64,000 bases of DNA from a virus (Duplodnaviria; Caudoviricetes): the IMG/VR virus record IMGVR_UViG_3300042256_000025. One strand, given 5' to 3'. A program made the position numbers and the translations under genes. Each line of letters begins with the position of its first letter. Position 1 is the first letter of the stretch. Of the stretch, positions 9,770-17,890 are shown piece after piece. The notes below the pieces were generated by a model, which saw only the letters and a list, made by a program, of their open reading frames with translations, did no database searches and had not been told where the DNA came from.

Positions 9770-11231
9770 CCTTCTGTCCACTACAGACGCGACTCTGTAG
9801 CCGGTGTGCTTCGACACCCACCCCTGCTTTCACAGGGGAGCAGACCATATCACCTTCCTTCCACAGCGTGGTTAGGAAGCCTCCCGTATGGCAGGCGCTT
9901 GCCCGCTACTCCGCGCTACCGGATGGCCGTTGAACTCACTCCGTGTTACCCATAGGTAAGGTAGGAGCTTCGCTGCGTCGGTTGCCCAATCTCTAAGGGT
10001 TTTTACCATGCCTCTCACTTCCATTACTGGGAGAGGGATTACCCTACCTTTCGGTGGGTAAGGGGTACCTTAGAGCTATCAGGGGTTTCCCGCAGTTAGA
10101 GAGGATCCCTTAAACATCTCTGCCTAAGGGGACTTAGGATGTTTCCCTAGATAAGTGATGTGGTAGTGTTTCCATCTACCGTGGTTTTTCCATACGCTTC
10201 TTGCAACTGCCGCCTTGGTGGCGCCGACAGACGTAGCGAACTCTAAGATAGATTTGTATACCTCAGAAGTATCGGTCTTCAAGTTTATTACCCTTACAGG
10301 CAAAGGCTTCCGAACAGGGGCCGTAGGCTTTGGATTTTCCTTAGCCTCGACTTCCACAAACCCAGTAGTGTCAATACCGGCTGTGTGTAGATAAGTAAAC
10401 CAATAGCCATTTAAAATGTATTTTCTCCCCCGCTTTATGGCCTTATTGATCACCGCCCCACTGCGATTGAACGCCTCCGCACATGCGGTTAGTGTTGGGT
10501 AAATATACTTTACGTCGCCCTCATCTACCGGTATAGCCAGAACGGCTTTCGGTCGCCCACGTCTAGGGGTACCTATGTCTTCACGTGCTAAGCATGGCCA
10601 GGGCTCACCCTCAACGCGCAGACTAAAGAACTCCATAAAGGGCTCTTTTCTACCGCCCTTTAAATACCTATGGATGGCTTCGCCGTTCCGCTTAAAGTGT
10701 CGTGCTGCAGCCTGAAGGCTGTTAAAAGTAGTGACCGTACTATCACGTAGATCCATTACCTCAACCACCAAGTTATCAGTCCGCAACCCACTTTCGTAGG
10801 CGTGTCGAAGGTTACCGCTATAGCAAGTCCATTCTAAATTGCCAACAGATGAATCTGACTTGTCACCGTTGATGTGGTTTATAACAACCTCTTCCGGTTT
10901 TTTGGGCGAGGGTAGAAAGGTCTCACCCACTAGCCGGTGTATAAGGCGGGTACCATCTACTTTGTTATAGACTGCCGGATAACCAGACACAGTGGTCTGT
11001 GTCGCAGGTAAGTCAGTTAGAAGGTCATAAACCTCTCCAGCGGAATTAACAGCAAAGGTTTCACACCCAGCTGCCAAAACAAATCCATCCAAAGATTTAA
11101 TGCGCGTATGGTTGTCGGTAGGGTCAATCATCTTTATACCTCACATGTTATAGGTCCAAATGATTGTACCCATACTTTATTTTTTACCAGTAGTTACAAT
11201 CAACTTACTAGGGTTAACACTCCTAACGATT
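9770..11231 (-). mobile_element. Group I self-splicing intron with HNH homing endonuclease ORF
   Basis: 5' exon ends in U (GAT); intron ends in G. Core elements on the minus strand, about 9830-10100: P AACTGCGGGAAA, Q AACCGACGCAGC, R GTTCAACGGCCA, S GATATGGTCT. Confidence 0.88.
10124..11131 (-). CDS. Intron-encoded HNH homing endonuclease with NUMOD1-like repeats
   Basis: IHRLVGETF...INHINGDKSDSSVGNLEW; repeated FNSLQAAARHF / YPTLTACAEAF / YKSILEFA DNA-binding modules. Confidence 0.9.
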   Translation of the reverse strand: MIDPTDNHTRIKSLDGFVLAAGCETFAVNSAGEVYDLLTDLPATQTTVSGYPAVYNKVDGTRLIHRLVGETFLPSPKKPEEVVINHINGDKSDSSVGNLEWTCYSGNLRHAYESGLRTDNLVVEVMDLRDSTVTTFNSLQAAARHFKRNGEAIHRYLKGGRKEPFMEFFSLRVEGEPWPCLAREDIGTPRRGRPKAVLAIPVDEGDVKYIYPTLTACAEAFNRSGAVINKAIKRGRKYILNGYWFTYLHTAGIDTTGFVEVEAKENPKPTAPVRKPLPVRVINLKTDTSEVYKSILEFATSVGATKAAVARSVWKNHGRWKHYHITYLGKHPKSP

Positions 11232-12467
11232 ATCAGCGTTAGGAGCCTTCGTGCATAAAACTGACAACGTCGACACTCCTGAGGTCAGAGCATGTATATG
11301 CATGCACTGAATACTTCCCCTCGCAAGGGTCGGATAGCGGACCCACAGACAGCGTACGCCTTTACCCCCTGGGGCCTCTTGGAAGATCTCATAGAGTAGC
11401 TCCTCTAGCAGTGCATTGCGTGTGATGGTGTGACGATCGATGTATTCCCAGGCTTCTCGATGACTATAGCCCTTCTTGTAGAGTTTATTCAACAAGTGAA
11501 CTTTAAACATCGTAACCGCTTGAGAGTACGGGATCTTTATTTGCTCATAGTCATGTACCCCTGATTCCGAGACAATCACAGACCGGAATGCAAACGGTGT
11601 GCGTCCACCAAAGACGGTGTTACGCAGGAGACCTTCCTTTTTGGAGAAGGGGTCACCGAACATGTCGCTGTAGTAGCTAGCCAGCGAGTTAATGATGGAG
11701 GTAATCTTGCCTTCTAAGCGGCGTACGTTTGCATAGGTCTCCTCGTCGATAGACGTAATAGTGCGGGCCGCGTCTAGCGCTTCACGAATAGCGGTATCGG
11801 CATAGGTACCCGTAGCCGTGTTCTCCATGACGAATGCGATCTTATTCGGCATGGGGAGGTGTTGTGGAAAGAAGCGGTCCCGGTAGACGGTGAAAAACGT
11901 CTGCATGGACTCGCGTTCGTGTCTGGGCAATAGGGTTAAAATGGCCTCAGCGATATCATCAAAGTGGGCAATGAAATTATTCAGGCCTCTTGGGATGCCT
12001 GTTTTCATTAACCTATGTTTAATCATCGAGGCTTTCTTATTTGACTCAGGGGGATCTTCCATGAGTGGTGCACAGAACCACTGTAGTACATTAAAGCGTG
12101 ATCCAGTCATTATTGGAGATAGAATCATCCACAGCATTGGATTTACAAGGCTATAGATGCCTTGAGGGGCACGGAACCATACATTAGAGACGATCTCTTG
12201 GTCACCGGCTGCCTCTACACGGGTATTGCACTTAGGACAGAGTTGCCCTAGGTTATAGCCATAGGAGAGGTGACCACAGCTGCAGGAGGGAATCGATTCC
12301 AGTGTATCGGTGTGGTCATAAGTTGTCATGATCATAGCGTTCAATGCATCCCGCTCTTCCTTCGTTCGGGCCGGAACATCATTCAGGATGATCGGTGTGA
12401 AAGGGAGGGAGTGGAAGGCCCGATCGTGGTCATGGATAGAGAAAGCAATCATTTCATTCTCGTGCAT
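11232..12467 (-). CDS. nvRNAP beta' subunit (phiKZ gp55-like), exon 1
   Basis: Zinc finger CSCG...CPKC; KKEGLLRNTVFGGR, RSVIV and RYPTL motifs; ends APNAD at the splice site. Spliced product is 480 aa. Confidence 0.88.
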
Positions 12468-12664
12468 GGTTTTATCCCTCTATATGTAATGGAATTATGA
12501 AAAAAATAATAACTATAGATAAAGGACTACTTTACAGTAAACCCTTATCTACTACAATGTAAGGTTAGAATTTAACTTAGACGCCTACCACACAAAACAT
12601 TATGTCTATGTGGTAACTTCTCCCTACATTGGCATTCTACAGCATTAGAATGCAACAATAGACT

Positions 12665-13216
12665 TTAAACTGTAATTCTCTTAAAAGGAATTACCCAGTA
12701 ACTGCTGGTCTTGTTGGCGTAGTACCAATTCCCACCGCTGAAGTTAAGCACCCAGGCGTTGTAGGAACTGAACTCGGAAGAGGACCAGACGATCGCCGTG
12801 GGTAGACTGCCACTACTATCTAACGCATCTATCTGAGTCCTATTATTATAAATAAGCTGTAAATCGGATGCATTGGGCAGGTCATACCCTAGACTACGAC
12901 AATATTCTGCTGCAGGGCATCCAATGTTACCATACGAATCAGAGATAGAATTGTAAGTAGGACTAACCAATACACTAGTATTGTACACGGAAGAGTTTGG
13001 ATCAGTAGGGGTAGTGGGTGAGCCATTAGTACCACTTGCATTAGGCAGATTAGTATCAGTACCGTATAAACCCCAATCTTTAGTAGTACGTAGGCTAGCT
13101 GGAGCTACTACTAACCAGTCTCCATTATCCTGTCCAAAGATAATCCCTCCATACGGAAGGGTTGTACCAATCTTTATATCACTCATAGCTATACCTTCTT
13201 TTTTGCTAATGTACAT
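12665..13216 (-). CDS. Stand-alone CLec/DUF1566-type ligand-binding protein; remote DGR target C
   Basis: Homologous to the C-terminal domain of 36524-37819 (GGIIFGQDNGDWLVVAPAS, AAEYCRSLGYDLPN, VWSSSE, WVIPFKR); carries a 3' VR. Confidence 0.85.
   Translation of the reverse strand: MYISKKEGIAMSDIKIGTTLPYGGIIFGQDNGDWLVVAPASLRTTKDWGLYGTDTNLPNASGTNGSPTTPTDPNSSVYNTSVLVSPTYNSISDSYGNIGCPAAEYCRSLGYDLPNASDLQLIYNNRTQIDALDSSGSLPTAIVWSSSEFSSYNAWVLNFSGGNWYYANKTSSYWVIPFKRITV
12677..12802 (-). repeat. DGR variable repeat VR-C
   Basis: 126-nt ungapped match to the TR; by hand 19 mismatches at TR adenines and 9 at other bases. Confidence 0.8.
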
Positions 13217-13803
13217 TAGTTTTGTATATGAATTCTCTTAAATGGCACTACCCAGCAGATGCTGTGTTTGTAGCTGTAGTACCAATTCCCATTGCTGAAA
13301 TAAAGCATCCAGGCACTATAGGAATTGTACTCGGAAGAGGTCCAGACGCGCGTCGTGCCATACTCTGGCATATTCCCAAACTCAATAACCGATAGTGTGG
13401 GCCCTTCGGTGGTATCTGTAGCATCAATAGCTACCCTATTATCGTAGATTAGCTGCAAATCAGATGCATTGGGTAGGTCGTACCCTAGAGTACGACAGTA
13501 TTCTGCAGCGGGGCAGCCTACGTTGCCAAATGCATCGATAGTAGCACTATACTCATTACTAGTCAATGTACTAGTATTGTACTTACTACTATTCATATCG
13601 TTTGGTTTAGTAGGTGAGCCAACACTGCCACTCGTATTTGGAAGACTAGTATCTGTAGCGTATAATCCCCATGGCTTAATGATACGCTTACTAGCTGGAG
13701 CTACCACCAGCCAATCCCCACCATCTTCTCCGAATACAACCCCTCCGTCCTCTAATACACTACCTACCTTTAAGCCGCTCATGGCTTTAGTACCCTTTGA
13801 CAT
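13216..13803 (-). CDS. Stand-alone CLec/DUF1566-type protein; remote DGR target B (most drifted)
   Basis: Paralog of both neighbours; VWTSSE...AWMLYFSNGNW...WVVPFKR. Confidence 0.85.
   Translation of the reverse strand: MSKGTKAMSGLKVGSVLEDGGVVFGEDGGDWLVVAPASKRIIKPWGLYATDTSLPNTSGSVGSPTKPNDMNSSKYNTSTLTSNEYSATIDAFGNVGCPAAEYCRTLGYDLPNASDLQLIYDNRVAIDATDTTEGPTLSVIEFGNMPEYGTTRVWTSSEYNSYSAWMLYFSNGNWYYSYKHSICWVVPFKRIHIQN
13234..13359 (-). repeat. DGR variable repeat VR-B (degenerate)
   Basis: Colinear with the TR; many adenine-site changes plus about 16 non-A differences. Confidence 0.6.
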
Positions 13804-13809
13804 TGTACA

Positions 13810-14376
13810 TTAGTTTTGTATATGAATTCTCTTAAAAGGAATTACCCAGCGACTGCCGAGCTTGTTGGTGCAGTTCCAATACCCATAGCTGAAGAGAAGA
13901 CTCCAGGCGTTGTAGGAACTGTACTCGGAAGAGGACCAGACGCTCGACGTGGTGGAGCCAGGGGCAGTACCAGAGGAAATAGCCGATAACGTAGCTCCAC
14001 CGCTAGTGTCCAATGCATCAATCTGAGTCCTATTATTATAAATAAGCTGTAAATCAGATGCATTGGGTAGGTCGTACCCTAGACTACGACAATACTCTGC
14101 TGCAGTAGCCCCTACATTACCCTGTCCATCATTGATGGAATTGTAAGTAGGGCTAGTAAGTACATCCGTATTGTATTCTGATGAGTTAGGGTCAGTAGGG
14201 GTAGTAGTAGTCCCACTGCCACTCGTCCAGTTTGGAAGACTAGTATCAGTACCGTATAAACCCCAATCTTTAGTAGTACGTAGGCTAGCTGGAGCTACTA
14301 CAAGCCAATCTCCATTATCTTCTCCAAATACAACTCCACCATCAGGAAGAATTGTACCAATCTTTAAATCAGTCAT
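13810..14376 (-). CDS. Stand-alone CLec/DUF1566-type protein; remote DGR target A
   Basis: RBS GGAGG; paralog of the DGR target C-terminal domain. Confidence 0.85.
   Translation of the reverse strand: MTDLKIGTILPDGGVVFGEDNGDWLVVAPASLRTTKDWGLYGTDTSLPNWTSGSGTTTTPTDPNSSEYNTDVLTSPTYNSINDGQGNVGATAAEYCRSLGYDLPNASDLQLIYNNRTQIDALDTSGGATLSAISSGTAPGSTTSSVWSSSEYSSYNAWSLLFSYGYWNCTNKLGSRWVIPFKRIHIQN
13828..13953 (-). repeat. DGR variable repeat VR-A
   Basis: 126-nt ungapped match to the TR; by hand 20 adenine-site mismatches and 9 non-A mismatches at the same positions as in VR-C. Confidence 0.8.
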
Positions 14377-14438
14377 TTGTACCCTCCATATGTAATAACA
14401 GTAGTTTATTACAGTAAATTATAATTAAAGTGGCATAG

Positions 14439-14470
14439 TAATAAGGAGACCCCGAAGGGTCTCCTTATTA
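14439..14470 (-). terminator. Terminator hairpin after chmA
   Basis: TAATAAGGAGACCC-CGAA-GGGTCTCCTTATTA (TTCG loop on the minus strand). Confidence 0.8.
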
Positions 14471-14475
14471 TGGTT

Positions 14476-16431
14476 TCATCGGTTAAAGGGCTTGTTGAAT
14501 ACGGGGTTGATGTAGCTACCACGCATCTGCTCACCCATCGGGCCGGTCTGACCGTACGGAGACTGGTAGAAACCAGCTGCGTTGTAGGTACCACCGAAGT
14601 TCGGGTCGATACCCTGACGCTGCATGCCCTGATCGTAAGCGACCATGTCATCGGAGATGATACGGACGTCATTGTTGATCAGTGCCTGTACCAGACAGGG
14701 AATGAAGTTCGGTGAGAAGTACACCCGAGTGGCCATGCCGTTGATGTTACAGTCACCGGCAACGGACATCAGGCAGCGACGACGATCGGACAGGTTAATG
14801 TTGTTAGCGATACCCGGAGTCATTGCTGCGGTAGCCTGGGCTACGAACTGCAAGTCTTTCGGAGATGCTGCCAGCATGGTCAGATAATCGATAGTGCGCA
14901 GGTCACGAGCGCGACCGTCCTTATCGGTGTAGGTACCGAGGTGGACAGTAACAGTATCGTGGTGCATCACCGCAGCCTTAGCGTTACCGCTGTTAGCCTG
15001 TGCCCACACCTGGGAGAAGGCTCCGCCAGTCAGTGCATCGCATTCAGCGATGATGTCATCATTGGCGCCAGAGCGCGGGTTCTGCGCTGCAGCAATGAAT
15101 ACAGACTGTACCCACTCCAGACGACCGCCCTGCTCCACGTCCAGTGCAACAGCAACATTCTGCGTGCACCACTTATTGGCCATGCTGAACGGGGTTTCCT
15201 TACCTTCCTCCGGTACCTTGTTCAGGGAGACGGATTCAACCGGCACCTTACCCAACGCTTCCGGACCACGACCATAGGGATCGTATTCCAGACCCAGCAG
15301 ACCGATGGACTGCTTCTGTGTCTTCTGACCCGGGTAGGTTTCGAAGACACGAACCCAACCATGGTTAGCGGTCATGGCCAGCGTTGCAACCAGACCCATC
15401 AGCTGGGTGCGCAGGTCTTCAATTGAACGTCCGGAGTTAGCCAGACCGGCCACCTCGGTCAATATCACGACCGGCATGTAACCCGGCTTCGGTACCTGCG
15501 GCTGCTGCAGCTGGGCGTACGGGGACGACTGCTGCTGGGTTATGATATTGAAGTCTATGTAACCGGACACTTCGGCCAAGTTATGCTCCTGAGTACCAGT
15601 GTGTACCTGGTACATGTCACCCTGCTTCTGATTCACACGGGTCAGTTTGATGGATGTATTAAAGTCAGCTGCAATCGGCTGGCCAATACGGTTCAAACGA
15701 CACTCACCCGGAGTGATTGTAGTGCGCTGACGCACTGCAACCTGTGGGTTACGCAGGTGCTTGGCGGTTACACGACCCACGCCCTGACCACCAGCAGCAT
15801 CGATGATCGCCAGATGTGCAGAGTCAAAGTACACTCGAGTCACCTCAGCAGAGGACAGGTCCGCTGCTTTCGGTACCACACAGTGGCCGATATGAACCAC
15901 ATCAGCCGGATTCACCTTGTACTGGCTAGCCACGAAGGTGGAGACCACTTCACGCAGCTTGCTATCGAAGCAGCGGGTGGTTGGTCGATCAGTGATGATG
16001 TCCTTCTGACCCGAATAATCTCGGATTGTCTCCACGATCGGTTCCAGCTTAGAGGACATCATGCCCTCAATCAACAGGTTGTACACTACGACCTGCTTGG
16101 TGGCGCTGGAAACCGCACACAGTGCCAACACCGGCAGATACAATTGCTGACTTGAAACGGAGACCACCTCCAGTTTCAGCATGTTGCTGATCTCTGGCAG
16201 TCCTGCCAGTCGCTTCATCTCTTCACTGAAGGCTGCGAAGCCTTCAGTATCCATACCACCGGACAGGGTGGTGACACCCAGGCCATCGAAAGGATCTGTA
16301 CCGTCATACTCGTTATAACGAGTATTGTTACTATACCCCTGTTGTGGCTGGGGCTGATGTGTCTGCTGTGCAGCCTGCGGCTGTGCAGTCTGGTCCGCAG
16401 TTTTGTTCTGAGAGTTGTCATTCACACGCAT
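14476..16431 (-). CDS. chmA: Chimallin, major phage nuclear shell protein
   Basis: 651 aa; Q-rich disordered N-terminus; RLNRIGQPIAADF, VSGYIDF, HLGTYTDKDGRARDLRTIDYL and GMATRVYF segments; sits between the DNA polymerase and gp55-like genes; early promoter. Confidence 0.85.
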   Translation of the reverse strand: MRVNDNSQNKTADQTAQPQAAQQTHQPQPQQGYSNNTRYNEYDGTDPFDGLGVTTLSGGMDTEGFAAFSEEMKRLAGLPEISNMLKLEVVSVSSQQLYLPVLALCAVSSATKQVVVYNLLIEGMMSSKLEPIVETIRDYSGQKDIITDRPTTRCFDSKLREVVSTFVASQYKVNPADVVHIGHCVVPKAADLSSAEVTRVYFDSAHLAIIDAAGGQGVGRVTAKHLRNPQVAVRQRTTITPGECRLNRIGQPIAADFNTSIKLTRVNQKQGDMYQVHTGTQEHNLAEVSGYIDFNIITQQQSSPYAQLQQPQVPKPGYMPVVILTEVAGLANSGRSIEDLRTQLMGLVATLAMTANHGWVRVFETYPGQKTQKQSIGLLGLEYDPYGRGPEALGKVPVESVSLNKVPEEGKETPFSMANKWCTQNVAVALDVEQGGRLEWVQSVFIAAAQNPRSGANDDIIAECDALTGGAFSQVWAQANSGNAKAAVMHHDTVTVHLGTYTDKDGRARDLRTIDYLTMLAASPKDLQFVAQATAAMTPGIANNINLSDRRRCLMSVAGDCNINGMATRVYFSPNFIPCLVQALINNDVRIISDDMVAYDQGMQRQGIDPNFGGTYNAAGFYQSPYGQTGPMGEQMRGSYINPVFNKPFNR

Positions 16432-16508
16432 GATTTCTTCCTTTTCATGAAAGTGTAGGGATCGCGGTTAAACTATTCGAATAGCCTAACAGATGCTAGA
16501 CCACTATT

Positions 16509-16518
16509 GTAATATAGG
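16509..16518 (-). promoter_or_regulatory. Early promoter CCTATATTAC of chmA
   Basis: Motif copy about 80 nt upstream of the chmA start. Confidence 0.8.
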
Positions 16519-16782
16519 TCTTGAATCCGCTTGAATTGCCAGTTTTACACCGATTAGGTGAACTAGACGTCAGTCTGCACCCATCCAATCGGGTTAGAGG
16601 GTGAAAATTAATACATCTAGAACTCGCGCACCGCGTATTTCTGGTCGTACACCAATGCCTTGCGGCACTGGCGAGTTCTTTGTATATAATAGTGTCACTG
16701 TGATTATTTTTTACAATTCACACATTCTAATAATGATTATCGACTGGAATCCTATAGACACCCCCGTACTCATGGAGCTAAT

Positions 16783-17856
16783 ATGCACGCTATACTTAAA
16801 CCCTCGCATACTAACCGGGGGCAAATCAGTCAGTCTAAATTAAACCGCGTCTCTGGTTTAATGCGCACACAGATTACCAGGGTGCAGGACCACTACCGCA
16901 CTCGGCTAGAGGCCGCAGACGGTAACCACCCCCTCGTTCGACTCGTGTACTCCTTCTTAACCTCACCTCATCAAGAACCTATGGCAGTATATGAGTGGGC
17001 GGTTGAGAATGAGGTTGAACTGGCACAGGCGGTGGGATTCAGTAACAGTATAGAACACCGTAAGCCATTAGAGTCAGTATGTTATCCAGACTGTGATGAG
17101 TATTGGGTGACCCATCGACCTAGTCACATCCGTATGACCTTTAATGGTGCAGATGAGATCCTACTCAACACGACACCCGTTACAGTGCTATATCAGCCCT
17201 ACATTCTACCCGTTCACTATATCCCTAAGGGGGGAAAGGGCAGGAATCATTGGGCGGTTATCGGAGTCGATATCCCTGCACTGGCACTGATGTATCAAGC
17301 CTGGATGCAGTATAATGAAACCCTACCGGCTGGACAGAAGCAATCCATTGAGCAGTTCGTAGGTAGTTACGTGCTACCGGGTATGTTGGTCAGTCAGGCA
17401 AACAGTGTACGGTTGAATATGTTAACCCACTATATGGACGACACTGTACCTAAATTGGACACTCGATCCAATATCGGTATGACGGATCACACGGATGAAC
17501 TGCAATCGATACTACACGACATCATTGTCGACAGCGACAGCCGTAATTATCCGTTAGGGTATCTCTATTACCTTATTGGCGCTATCCAAGAAGGACAATC
17601 GTTACTGGATAACTTCCCCCATATAGCCGCCCCTGAGGTATTCCCACTCTATACCTGCCGGTACCTTGCCGCCATTGCATGGGTACACACTGCGGCAATG
17701 TTGGAGCTATCTCCCTCTGATGGGCGGGAATACGGACAACGCGTACGCGCCATGTCGCGTCAAGTACGGGCCCGTTTCACGCATCAGCAGTTAGGTAAGG
17801 GGTACGTGGATAAGGTAGAGAGCTGGCACAGTGACATTGTGAACCTACTGACATAA
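16783..17856 (+). CDS. Conserved jumbo-phage protein, probably virion structural
   Basis: 357 aa; HPLVRL, VIGVDIPALALMY and FVGSYVLPGML; opposite strand between chmA and the polymerase. Confidence 0.65.
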   Translation: MHAILKPSHTNRGQISQSKLNRVSGLMRTQITRVQDHYRTRLEAADGNHPLVRLVYSFLTSPHQEPMAVYEWAVENEVELAQAVGFSNSIEHRKPLESVCYPDCDEYWVTHRPSHIRMTFNGADEILLNTTPVTVLYQPYILPVHYIPKGGKGRNHWAVIGVDIPALALMYQAWMQYNETLPAGQKQSIEQFVGSYVLPGMLVSQANSVRLNMLTHYMDDTVPKLDTRSNIGMTDHTDELQSILHDIIVDSDSRNYPLGYLYYLIGAIQEGQSLLDNFPHIAAPEVFPLYTCRYLAAIAWVHTAAMLELSPSDGREYGQRVRAMSRQVRARFTHQQLGKGYVDKVESWHSDIVNLLT

Positions 17857-17861
17857 GAAAG

Positions 17862-17887
17862 ACAGGACTGGCCTTAGCCAGTCCTGT
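17862..17887. terminator. Bidirectional terminator
   Basis: ACAGGACTGGC-CTTA-GCCAGTCCTGT between convergent genes. Confidence 0.75.
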
Positions 17888-17890
17888 ACT

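Noticed and set aside
9770-9817. N-terminus MSKHTGYRVASVVDRR of track ORF 9563-9817
   Set aside because: This is intron 3' sequence; the coding part starts at FDGD after splicing.
14941-16155. Plus-strand ORFs inside chmA
   Set aside because: Antisense shadows of a strongly biased gene.
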